Assembly (NCBI GenBank): GCA_030141605.1 | Contig: JAQGDQ010000019.1 | Coordinates: 1,259,909 to 1,323,908, forward strand | Source: Tubiluchus corallicola | Taxonomy: Eukaryota > Animalia > Priapulida | Direction of reading: 5' to 3' | DNA: 64,000 bases | In this document: piece after piece, positions 51,984 to 64,000 of the stretch | Layout: each line of letters begins with the position of its first letter | Position numbering within the stretch: the stretch's first letter is position 1 | Made by a program: the position numbers and the translations under genes | Notes under the pieces: model-generated | Database searches by the model: none | Told to the model about the DNA's origin: nothing | What the model saw: only the letters and a program-made list of their open reading frames with translations

Positions 51984-52827
51984 CTGTAACACAAATTTTT
52001 TAAACATTATGGAAACAAATTATTTGGCTAGCTAGACATTATCATCCAAGTTTGCAATACCATACCTCTATTTACCTACATGAAGATAACAATCAGCACA
52101 ACCGTGTTGTTTTGATAACATTCACAAGTTTACAGATATTGTGTTGGTTCTGGCAATGCAGCTTTAGTTGGCAGGCTTTATTTGTTATTATTTATGAATA
52201 ATTACAAATTGTACAACATTAAGATAAGATTAATAAAACCTGCAGATGTAAAAACTTACAAACCTGGTTTGCCGTTGCAAGTGAAGTTTGATTTTGCTGT
52301 AACAAATGTTGGTAATTTTGCAAGGTTGCAAATGCATCAGATATCTCCTTAAGGAGTGGTGCACTTTCGTAATTTTTATCATGATATGCCATAGCCTATA
52401 ATTATGTAAAGCAAAACATTTAGACAATAGATGAATACAAATCTCTCTTACTACAAAACAAGGAATATTCTGCTTAAATTTGTGAATACAGTTCATGATT
52501 TACCAAATTTACTAAAACAAAAACAATATAATGTGATGTTTTGTAAACACTGAACAACTACTTCCACTAAGCTCCGCATGCTGCATTTGAAAAGTTACAT
52601 ACCAAATACCATCAACTTGATCCTCAGGAGTACTCACGAACATATTATAAGCTAGATAACATGTCCAGATTAATCATGCTTATCATTAAATTAAAACAAT
52701 ATTAGGTGTAGGCACAAAGTAATGCACTAGCCCATGTACTGCACTTAGTTTCGTTATACATGAAATTATAATTAATCAAAATATTAGGAGAGCCTTACCT
52801 GTAATACTAGTCAGTGTAATGGTACTG

Positions 52828-52839
52828 TAGCGCCATCTG
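52828..52839 (-). promoter_or_regulatory. CTCF/YY1-like motif CAGATGGCGCTA upstream of paralogue B
   Basis: TAGCGCCATCTG on the + strand. It is followed on the minus strand by a strong donor CAG/GTAAGG at 52799/52798. Confidence 0.4.
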
Positions 52840-53369
52840 TGATAAGTAAAATAAACGGTGGTCTATAAGTAAAAGGTGTGGTTGTTGTAGACTAGTTGCC
52901 GTTGTTGTTGGGTCAGTGTAATGTGCTGTCCTGACAATTCTCTAAACTAGTGTTATTATAAAGAACCCAAGTAAACATACCTAGAGTGCTAGAATAAGCT
53001 GTTTCCGACCATATTTAATCCTGTTTTATCTGCATGTGCATTGTACAAATCAACGATGTAAAAACTTGAATTATTTGTCTTGCCGGACTCATTACAATGA
53101 CAATAATATAATGTTTTTGTTAATACCAATAATAAATTTAAACTCGAAAAAGTTGTTTGGCCAGTTTCATTCTAACAATATTCTTGCTGACAAGAAAAAC
53201 TGCTTGTGAGTAAAAGTTACTCTGCAGTTTAGCCTCGTTCAGCAGCAAGACATAGTAATAGTGGTGAAGTAAGACAATACTACAATGTCAGATATTAAAG
53301 TCCTTGTTCATCCTGACCTTATAAGTGGTATTGATGATGCCAAATTATTGTCTGACATCATGCTAGATA

Positions 53370-54212
53370 CAGTAGGTGCCATTTATTAAACTCACAATTA
53401 ATAGCCTCAGTGACTCGAATGACTCAAAAACACCTGGAAGGGGGCGCTTATATTCAAACGTATATAAAAACTGTCGGTAACTGACTCAAATAACTCCACA
53501 TAATTGACTCAATATTTTCCTTCACATACTTAAAATAAGACACTTGTGTGTGCCCAAAGAGTTTTTACTGCTCTTATGTTATCTTTACATCGATTCTGTG
53601 CTCTATAATACACGTAGAACAGTCACGTTAATACAGCCTTGTCTGTAATCAGGTACACGGTACGTTTATCATATGTACTAATATGTTGGCGTGGCAGTTT
53701 TGCTATCTGTTACGTGCTTATCGGTTGTAATTCACTTCGTTGTTTCTGGAAGTTAAGCATTGCCCAGTGGTTTGCTTTTAAAGCTCCTGCTGCTTTTCAT
53801 AAGGTCATCACCATGTTTCGCGTGAATATGTGCAGCATACACCAACATATTTTCAATGTTTTTATCAATATGAGAATTTCCTAAACCAACCTTTTTCGTG
53901 AAGAAATGAAGGCAACTGACCTTGCGTAAATTTTTGTAATTTTTAATGGCAAAAATCGGATTTTTGCAATTTTTACTTGTTATTAATTCACTTATATAAA
54001 TTATGCTTCTTGAATAACTGCACATAGGTATTTTTGGCATTAATTTGTTTGTAAAATTCATTTAAAGCTTTTGGAATGCATACTAAGGTGATGAGTGATG
54101 ACTCATACTTGTATAGTAGTAATACATTAAACGCGTCAGCTAATTGACTCAGTCAGTTAACTGGGTCAAAACACTTCCATCCAAAAGTGAGTCTATTAAG
54201 CAGCACCTAATG
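53370..54212. mobile_element. Tc1/mariner (pogo/Tigger-like) non-autonomous element, copy 2
   Basis: TA/CAGTAGGTGCC ... GCACCTAATG/TA ends, collinear with 48500-49595. Confidence 0.75.
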
Positions 54213-55068
54213 TATTTCCAATTCTTTAGCAACTCTATACAGGCCATTTTCTGAATTGCCTAAAAAGCCGACTTATATATAGGTCTATTATTTTATCGTA
54301 CACATAATTTATATTAATTTTAATTAATGAATACATAATTATTAACATTTTAAATTATTATTATTAAATAAACAAGGATAACAGACACTGCCACTAAGGT
54401 AAACTTGGTTCAGGCTCAGTTTCTGACAAACTTCTTGTGCATTACTTGGGTCAGGCCATCTACCGCAGCGCTACTTGGGCTAGTGCACTACTTTGCATTT
54501 GACACCAGGTAACTTGGTACAACCTGCCACCTGAAATAATACATTGGAACAAAAGAACAACAAACAGTAACATAGTCTTGTTTCCTTCTACATAGTATTA
54601 CCGTGTCACTAGTCTGCACTGTTCAGTTTTTACCTAAAGCAAAGGTTAGTCTATATCAATAGTTTGTCAATATCCGTAACTACAGCGACCTCTGTCCTTG
54701 ATTTATTATAACAATATCAATAATCTTCAATAAGTAATTCAGTTTCATTCAACAAGTGGTACATTGAGATTATACTTTTACCCATTAAATTTCAATCAGT
54801 GAATAACGTCATATCGCTTATGCTTACCCTACCCGATAAGGTAGTTTTGCAAAACAAGATTCACCAACTTTAGCTTCACTTAGTTGTTTAATTTTATACT
54901 ACATTAATAATTTATAGCGTCACAACCAGCTCTACTCTATGCAAAACATGAAAAATAGGCTTTTCTGATACAATTAATTATATAAAATTTCAATAACAAA
55001 ATATCGTGAAAAGCAACTCAATATGTCGACGAAAAACGTGCAAACTTCATTAATTTAAAACGTATAAG

Positions 55069-57207
55069 CAAAGTGTAGAAAGAGGAAGTGACTGAATTTA
55101 ATTGTTACGTATATCGTTTTTGCGATTAGCGGCTACGCTAGCGGCATCAAACGGCGGATGATTAAAAAATTTTGAGCAGCGCATTGACTGTAATAATAAT
55201 ATTCTTAAGTTCACCAATAATGTTGGCGAATTTCGATAAGCCAATATCACTAATAAAAGAAGAATATCTCAATTAAAAGCAATTAATAGTTTAAAAAACT
55301 GAAAGTATTTCATGAAAAGGAAACAAATTGTAGCAATAAGTTTGTATTATGTACTTGCAAATACTTCTTCAGTTTTCTTGTCAGTAACATTTTATTGTTC
55401 TTCCTGAGGAAAGAGGCTAACTGACTGTGTGATGAGCTACCTACTATATAAAAAAGTAATGTATTTTTTATTGATTTTTGTCTCCCTCTCTTAGAGAGAA
55501 AGAGAGGGACGGAGAAAGAAAGAGAGAGAGGGAGAGGAAGAGACAATGAAAGGGAGGGAGAGAGAGAAAGACGGGAAAAAGAGAGAGTGAGAGAGACAGA
55601 GAGAGGGAGGGAGGGAGAGAGACAGAGACAGAGAGAGAGATCCTTCTTTTTCTTTTGTTGAAGGTTCTGTTATTTGTTTCTTGGTCATTTTACTCCAATG
55701 CAAGGTAGCGAATTTGGCACATTAAAAATTGCACCCATTTACGTGCCCTGCAATCAATCTATATAATTACACATATATTATATTGTAGGTTTGTATATAA
55801 ATAATCAATACAGTAGTAGAGATGAGTAGGACTGAACTGCCAGCCTAGGGCGTCGTAACGTCTTGATACACCCATGCAGACATACTCGTATACATCTATG
55901 ATATATGCATTATTACACACAAAGATTCTATGAAGCTGAGCCTATATATTTAACTATACAAAATGATTGCCCTTAGAAGCAAGGCCTGTATAAAATCAAT
56001 TAAATTAAGAGCATCAATAAATAATATTTATCAAAACTTGTCAGTGGATTTAGCCACAGGTGTTTTATTAGTACGCTTATACAAGTATATTTTTTACACG
56101 TAAACAAACTGTATTTAATGAACACTTATTTTGACGTAAGCCTAACTGAATCTTAAAAAATTAAGCTAAATATAAGTGACGTCTACATATGATATATAAG
56201 ATGTTATTACCCGTGTGCAGAATTTAATTTATGCGCCAGGTTAGCTTCTCACCTGAATTCCGTAACTTGATTTTGACCTTGTTAGTTGGTTGTTATAGAG
56301 GTGGAAGTAATGCTGGCTGCTTAGGATGACAGCTCTGATGTTTCGTTTTGTTATTTTTTGTTCACTGATAATAAAAAAGAGGAGTAATGTCGTAAATGCA
56401 TCTCTGTTTGTTCAACGTGATTTTATAACCAACTCCAACTCATAACAAAGGCCAATGTATGATTATATGCTTTTTAAACATCTTTTAACTTGGAATTAAC
56501 AAAACATGCAGATGCTTAGATTAAGTTTTGTTCTGTAAAGAAATTATTTGCTCTTCTGAAAAAATCGATTCTTTTTCTATGAAAGGTATTACACATGAAA
56601 GTCAGGCCTAATATTTCTTCAAGTTATATTTCCTGATAAGGACATAGTAAATAGGAATGTTTTTTAGAAAAAATATTTCTCCAGAAATAGAATACTACAT
56701 GAGCCAGGTATTTGCAAACTTTCTTTATGATCAGCTTTCTTACTTCTTTTGTAAATAAGCCTATTAATTTTCATGAGATATGAATATAATAGTTTTTATT
56801 TTAACTACTAATTATTCTTAATGCCTTATGCTAACTTTAAATAATATTCAAAAATATAACAGCTGCTATAAATCGCCAAAGACAGATGTAGGCTTTGCAG
56901 TCTTTGCTTAGTGTACAAATATTTAACTTGTAACAAAAGTTACAAAACGGTGTTATAATTACCTGGCTGCATCCTCGGAAAATTTAAGAAGATATTTTTA
57001 TTTGTGTTTTTGCAACTCACTGCTGAGCAATTTATGAGCACTGTCGACCGACCTGACTTTGGTGGCCTCATCAATTCACCTGCTACAGTACGCACAGCTT
57101 GCGCTATGGCGTACCTGACAACAGTCCGTACTGCTGTGCCTCTAGGGCGACACTACCTGTGCGAACTGCTGCGCAGTATTATTCCCTATTTGCTTTTGTA
57201 TACTTTG
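55069..57207. mobile_element. Non-autonomous P-superfamily (Galileo/1360-like) element, copy 2
   Basis: CAAAGTGTAGA ... TGTATACTTTG termini with TSD GTATAAG/ATATAAG. Both arms align with 31944-34282. Confidence 0.8.
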
Positions 57208-57711
57208 ATATAAGTACATTATTATCTATGACGTACACCTCGACCGAAAAGCTTGTTACATTGGTTGGGCGCCGTTCGGCGTCTTAACATCAGGCGCGTT
57301 AGTACTAGTAGTTTACGCAGTATAATTATTATAGGTATTTTAAGACGCAGATACCGCACTTGCATTACTGCTCCAAAATGTCTTGCAAACAAGTGAACTA
57401 TAAACGAAGTTCGACTATATATTTCCACTAATTCACTTGTAATTTCAATTGACAATAATAAAATCTAGAACCAGGCTAATATTTCTTCTCCCTAACTAAT
57501 GAAAAGTTGAGCATTTTTCACAGCAGTATTAGACGGTTCTGTAGCTAAATGTTCCGAACACACCTGCATTAATTAAGCTCTGTGGGTGTGTAAAATAACT
57601 TGTACGCTGATCGGTCCGTCAACGAAAATGACTGACAAATGTTAGACGTCAATTGCCTTGGCATTGCTACTTAAACGTGCGTTACAATCCACTAGATTAG
57701 TTGTTTAAATT

Positions 57712-57785
57712 GGACTACATTAGATTAGATTAGATCGGATTAGATTAGGTTAAATTACATTAGATCAACTTAGCTTAGGTTAGAT
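57712..57785. repeat. Degenerate (TTAGA/TTAGG)n pentamer tract
   Basis: TTAGATTAGATTAGATCGGATTAGATTAGGTT... is seen directly. Confidence 0.7.
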
Positions 57786-58771
57786 GGGCAATAATGATAC
57801 CCAAATCATTGCCTTCTTATTACTGTTGGTAACAAATTATAAATGTTTTGAAAAAATGTAATTAGTTATAATAATAAAAAAATTTTGAATTCAAGGATCT
57901 GATATTCAGTGACATCATTCCAAACAAATCTACAAATTCAAGTACTAATTGAAAAGCCACGTGCATTTGCAAAATCGCCTCTGACAAAACATAAGGTTCA
58001 AGTTTATTCACATTGTTTGTAGATCCTGGGAGCCTAAATGTGTCATGGTAGCTGTACGTTAAACATATGTACGAAAATTTTGTTCTTTTAACCTGCAAAA
58101 TTAACTTACCTGAGTCTGTATGGAACAGTACGTGTTTCCATTGTCTGTGTTGTCGAATGATGACTATTCAAATTCCAATGCCAAAGCCGTCTGTTATTAT
58201 TTAATTGTATATCTCTGTAACTTGACTACAGCACCTTGGTCAACTCGGCCAGCATCTCGTCTCAAACAGAACTCACTGAGTTTTGCTTGATGAGATGGAT
58301 TTTCTATCGTGATGAGATAGGGTTGTTATACTCCCGCTAAACAGCTATACATGTCGTAGCTTACTCTTCAAAAAACCTGATTTTTTTAGTTTTATTAAAT
58401 TACTTGTGAAATCGTTAGCGTAGCTAATCACGCATGAACATCCTTGAAGTAAGCAATAATGAATAAAATTACTGTTTTAGGTTGCGATTTTTTGAAAATT
58501 GCGAAATCACAATCCTCTTAAGCGGAAAGTGTAAATTCAATAGACTATTTAAATCGATGACTACCTATAAAATGTATCTGTCCTTAGCTCAGTACAGGTG
58601 GAAATAAACCTTAACTGAGTAACTCTGTAAGATTATTGAACGTAGATCAAATAGTTTTGCCAGGAACCATTATTACCGCATTTGCAAGAGCAATCATTCG
58701 GAAAATGTGTTGTCGCGTGTTGTTGCTATTTTATTAAAGTATTTTGCTCAAAAAAATTGAATGTGGTCAAG

Positions 58772-58888
58772 ATGGAGTCGGCTCCGTCATTAGAAACGGT
58801 TGCCCAAACAATTCACACGCTTTACCATAATCAAAATGTGACAGAAAAAGAGAAAGCATCTTTTTGGCTCGGAGAACTACAGAGATCG
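58772..58888 (+). CDS. TNPO3: Transportin-3 (importin for SR proteins), exon 1
   Basis: [39 protein letters not shown] matches the recalled TNPO3 N-terminus ([14 protein letters not shown]). Donor TCG/GTACGT. Confidence 0.93.
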
Positions 58889-60403
58889 GTACGTGTTGAT
58901 TAATATTTTGCATAGGTACCTTATAATAAAGTGATAGTTTAAAACAAGTTATTAAACTGAAAAGTGGAATAATATTTTTTTAAATTGTTTGTTCTTTGTA
59001 ATCTTACAACGTCTTCTAGTAGAGAATTCCAAGTGTTTATTTCTGCTATGAAAAAATGTGTTTATTTTGTTCAGTGTCAGCTATGTATTTGTAGTCCGAG
59101 TGAATGACCTTTGAAGCGAGTATGATTGATTTAAAGGGAAGAAAGTTTATTAATTAATGTTGGTGAATTCACATTTGACCTTAAACAACTCATTTTACCT
59201 TGTCATCTTCAAGAATAGAGTCAATGGAGTCGAAGACGCTGCAGTTTTTCAGTGAATGATAAAGTACTTAGCCTCTTGAGTATTTACTTAATTGTCCTTT
59301 CTTGCACTCACTCTCTTAAGCATTCCTTAAAGAAGCTTTCTTGAAATACAGATCCTGTACTTGATTTACGTAATCTTAAATGCGGCCTGACGATAGACAT
59401 ATAAAGAGGTAGGATGACATAAGATGATCTTGAGATGATATTAGTAATTAGTTCTTCGTCACTTTCTTTGCTTTACTAACAATGTGGCTACGGAAGTAGA
59501 GACTAGCATCAGTGGTAAGCTTTAAGATTTCTTTGTCGAATGCTGGTGAAATAGCTTTGTTAAAGTGATATTGATGAGGCCTAGAAAAAATTAGGTTTCT
59601 TTCTGGTTGCTGGCTGACTGTACCATTTCATGAGTGACTCAACTTATTTCTTTGGAAAAGGTATCGATAGTCACAGTGAAAGAAATTGTGGGAAAATGTG
59701 CTTAAATAAAAACTAAAACAATAAAGTTTTATACCATAATTTTGACATCCCTAGAGGAGGTCATTAATATCAAGATAGCATCTCTGTTTTAGAAGTGATC
59801 ATAATTTGTATCGCGGCTGTTGTCAATTAAAGAAGCGACTTGCATTATTACTAATTTAGTATTTATTTGTAAGCTTTCTTAAAAATTTTAGTTTAGTTGT
59901 CATTTTCTAATTAACTTCAATTTTATTAATTACTTCTTATATTTCTATAGCTCTTTGATGTAATATATAATCTCATTGTATCAGTACTTGTATAAACACC
60001 AAGATTTTATGTAGCATGTAAAGTAAACTATGTTACCTGATGTGTAAACTTGCTAAAATTTGATTCTTTGCTGCGTAATTTACTTAATGACCAAATGTTT
60101 TAGAATATTGTATGCATCCTTTTGGATTTCACCGTAGTTGTAAAAAGCCTACAACATTCTATAAAATATTTAAACTGTCAGTTGCAATTACTTGTGTTAC
60201 TGAATATCAAATTGGTATTTTGATATGATAAAAAAATTAATGTTGCTAGCAAAATAAAAAATATTAAAAAATTCGCACTCAAACTTTTGACTGTTTACCA
60301 AATTTCTATTTCTGTTTTGTGAAAGCATAAGATTGATTGTCCAGAATTTATAAATGTAAAAGAAATTTCTTTTAATCTTTTGAAAATCTGACTCTTATTT
60401 CAG

Positions 60404-60493
60404 GTGCACTCATGGGAAATTTCCGACAAACTTTTGCGAATGAACATAGATTTAGAGACTTGCTATTTTGCTGCACAGACTATGCGAACCAAG
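60404..60493 (+). CDS. TNPO3: Transportin-3, exon 2
   Basis: CTTATTTCAG acceptor. Reads [30 protein letters not shown]. Donor AAG/GTGTAA, phase 0. Confidence 0.93.
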
Positions 60494-62021
60494 GTGTAAT
60501 ATTATATCATTTTAGCTGTATATTATCTATGTACATGTATGTATCTTTATACAACATTCGCCTAAATTAAGCTGGTAGTGTGAGTGTGTACATGGCATAA
60601 CTTTATAGGTAACAACTGCTCCTTGCAAAAACAATTGTTTTGCCAATATATGTAATGTTTTTACTATCTGTTTGATTAGGTGGAGGTTTTGTGTGTCACA
60701 AGCTAGGATAATTTTAAATTATAATAATAATAATAATTTTAAGCTAGTTCCCGATACCGAACCACATTATGTTATTATCAATAAATGCAGATAAGAAAAT
60801 TGCAGCAACAGTTGTGCGCTGTCACGTAGTAGCAGCTTATTTTTTATTTATTCGTTATTGATATTATCAACATAGTATTCTTTATATTTTTTGCAAACTG
60901 TTGCAACATTATTGGCAAATCACACCCCACCAGAATAGCCTTTGTCAATATTACAGATTGTCTGAATGCACTCGCTTTGTATGTGTTGCGAAAAGGTAAT
61001 CGTGCTAAGACATTAAACTAATTATAAGACGTTTTTATAAAATATTAGCGGCTGTTAATCATGTTATGCAACTGTACGTACTAAAATCTCAGTATGATAT
61101 ACATTATAATGAAATTTAAGCGACAGATGACTCCTTAAATGGCCCATTTTTCTCTACATGCCTCAAAAACCTGAAGTAAAGGTTGTTTTTCAAATATTTT
61201 AAACTTTTAAAATTCGGGTTTGGGACGGGACTGAATGTTTGGGAATGGAGTTCGGGGTTTAAGAAAAGTTCATGGGTTTAAGAACACCCCTTCAAACAGA
61301 ACCAAATTTATTAGTCCTCTGACTTTGTCATAATATAACAACCTCTTAATTTTCTGCAAACCGAATATTTTGCATTTCAAAATATTTTCATTTGCGTAGC
61401 CGAAAACTTTGTTGAAAACTGTTTTATGTTTTCTTAACTGTTGAATATTTTGTTTGTAATAAATACCAAAATAAGTACTAATTTCTAAAGCTAATCTGCA
61501 TTTACATTGTAAATTATCACTTTTTTATAATGGATATTACATATTATTTAAATTGCAAATTACTATAACAAATTTAACCCTTAACATGCATTTAGTCCTG
61601 AACTAAAAATGTTAAAATAATGTTGTTAAAATAATTATGTCAGGAAAGCAATATGTAGTGGAATTTTTACTTTGTTTTTATCCCATTCTGTATGGCGTTT
61701 TTTTAACAAACTTGAGATTTGCAACATTGCAGTTGCACAGTCCATTAAATTGTTAGCGGAAGTTGTCAGCGTTGAGTGAATAAGATTGAACATGGCAGAT
61801 GGAAAGTGAAACATTTATCGACTTGAAAACATCAGTTTTATGGTGAAAAAAACAACATAGAAATAAATGCAGTATGAATTTATTTGCTAAATAATTACCA
61901 GTGAGTTAGTATAAGTGATTTGCGGTATTCCTTTACTGAATTTTTATCGAGCTTTGACAGCTTTGCCAAACTTCAGTAATAGTACACAAATCCGGGCCTA
62001 ATAGTGATTCCTATTCAGAAC

Positions 62022-62825
62022 TAGGGATGCACCAAATATGTGAATCACTGAATGTCAGTATAAAAATCTGGACAGGTAGACCTCGGTTGTAATCACTAAA
62101 TGTTTGGTATACTGAAATTACTGTTTTATAAGTGCAAGATTTGGTGAAAATTATATTAAACAAGCCGAATATCTCCCTATAATGCTTATAAAAATTTATC
62201 AGGAAAATGTTACTAGTAAACAGCAAGCACGGCACTACAGCCGACATTTTGCTTTGTGTTTCTGTATGATAACTCGAAGAATGCGATGCACTGTCTGTAC
62301 ACAAGTGTCAATGCATAATAGTGTGGCAATGCTGCATTTGCTTATACAACAAAATAAATCTATGGGAACTCAATCTAGTAAACAATTATACTATTGCAGT
62401 TTTTCTCAAATACTGTTTTTATTGATTACACAGAATAGTTTGAACAGCTTTTGAAAGAATTAGCACTGCTTTTAAAATACTTCACTACATAACATTTACT
62501 GTTAAATGCAAATGCCGATTTAGTAAACAGAACAACTTTCACAGCTAACCAATCACCACAAACTTAAAATGATGGTGAATATTATAGAGTTTATGATTCT
62601 TTTCAATTGGAATTTCAAGCACATTTGGTTCACTTTCCATAGAAAATTATCTTCAGCTTCGGTTTAGTGTTTCAATTTAAGTTAATATTTTATTCGGAAT
62701 TCGGTTTTTCGGCTTGGCCGTTCATTCGGCTAAGCCTTTGCTCGGTGGATAAAGAAAAGTTATAAAGGATAAAGAAAAATCAGGTTTGGTTCGGTTTATG
62801 AAAATGTGCATTTGGTCCACCCCTA
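62022..62825. mobile_element. hAT-like MITE in TNPO3 intron 2
   Basis: TIR TAGGGATGCACCAAA / TTTGGTCCACCCCTA with a degenerate 8-bp TSD TTCAGAAC / GTCGGAAC. TTCGG sub-repeats are present. Confidence 0.7.
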
Positions 62826-63238
62826 GTCGGAACCAAACATTCGCTTGAAACTGAACTTCAATTCATATCTAGTGCACACAGCGAATGAATCATTACCGTG
62901 AATTTAACGAAAAGGCCCTCTAAGATAATCAGTGGATGAAGCAATGGGCACCTGTGATAATTATGTCTAATCGATAACAATACTTTAAATGACAATTATC
63001 GGTACATGTTTAAAATCATATGAGTAATTTACACATGGAGATAATGTTATTACATTGCCAAAAAAGTTTTTTTAAATTGGTAAAGTCCAAATCATTGAAT
63101 ATTGTTCTTATTTCCTCCTCCTTTAGCATAGTTGCACATAACATTGTTTTCAGTCTGCACACTCCTGCAGGTGCACAACCTCTGATTTTGTGGGGTACTA
63201 TCTTACATAATGTCTATTTTAATTTGTGTGTTTTGTAG

Positions 63239-63352
63239 GTACAGTTCTATTTTCATGAGCTACCTCAGTCAGCTCATCAGTCATTACGAGACTCACTGAT
63301 TGAACACTTGGATCAAGTAACCCCAGCTACTAATCATGTTATTGTTACGCAG
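63239..63352 (+). CDS. TNPO3: Transportin-3, exon 3 (gene continues beyond window)
   Basis: GTTTTGTAG acceptor. Reads VQFYFHELPQSAHQSLRDSLIEHLDQVTPATNHVIVTQ. Donor CAG/GTAAGA. Confidence 0.93.
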
Positions 63353-64000
63353 GTAAGACCGACAGAAAACCCGAAAGTGAGTTTCATTTTACATTGTGTT
63401 GCAGATTTACAGTGGTGGCACGGAAAATAAGAAGCAGATTTTCCACCCTTGCTGTGCATTGTTGTGCCTTGTAGTAGAGTAATGCATTTATATTTTCACT
63501 TGCATAGTTTATCTTAGGTAAAAAAAGAGCAGTTGTTAATAACTATTATGTATACATTATATTAGCACTGGATTAGCAGTGGTTATAATAGGCTTATACA
63601 GTACTACTCAGGGTTTGATGCTGTGGTCTCTGATCTATTGCCACATGCCAAGTGTCTACGTAGTTTAAATCCAGTGAAGTATTTAGTAAGTCTCTTCAGA
63701 AAATTTACATTTGTTAAATAGCTAGTTTTCAAATATCTTGTCAGAATAGATTTTTAATAATTTGTTTTGCAGATGAAATAGGAGACAAAAGCAATATATC
63801 ATGCACTACGCAATTGAGTTTCAGAGCTGACATTGTTGCATGTTAGGGGTCCAATCCCGAAAATTTGGGATCCTGCATCCATAGTTTTTTCTTTTTTAGG
63901 AGGGATCAGGATTAAATATTTCCAGGTTTTAGGAATTGGTATTTGGGATTAGATCTTTATTTATACGTCGTGAAGGACTAATGTAGTATGATAAATTACA

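Noticed and set aside
57712-57785. Interstitial telomeric (TTAGG)n
   Set aside because: Mostly TTAGA, short and degenerate. More likely a simple repeat or TE subterminal tract.
58110-58141. METRTVPYRL as the coding first exon of paralogue B
   Set aside because: Its phase 2 end does not join the phase 0 large exon, either directly or via the 38-nt exon.

Overview
AT-rich, intron-containing animal (invertebrate-like) genomic DNA, not prokaryotic. No operons, rRNA or CRISPR arrays were seen, and almost all short ORFs in the track are noise or antisense shadows. Four protein-coding loci were reconstructed by hand from splice sites and phases. (1) A ZNF318 orthologue on + (6-7 coding exons, 10557-22937 or 23221, about 1830-1840 aa, two matrin/U1-type C2H2 fingers). 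(2) An intronless, N-terminally truncated RFXANK/ANKRA2-family ankyrin gene on + (36217-36765). (3) A second, highly diverged ZNF318 paralogue on - (5 coding exons, 51983 down to 40486, about 1720 aa). The ORF track shows it only as two unconnected ORFs, but it keeps both zinc fingers, the same intron positions and phases, and uses a GC-AG intron. (4) The first three exons of transportin-3 (TNPO3) on + from 58772, running off the window. The rest is decayed LINE fragments and several non-autonomous DNA transposon families, including a P/Galileo-like element (7-bp TSD) nested inside a Ginger2-like element (5-bp TSD). Family assignments come from recalled motifs, not from database searches. I found no clearly new biological system. 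The hidden inverted ZNF318 paralogue pair, with its shared short motifs and flanking convergent CTCF/YY1-like sites, is the most interesting signal.
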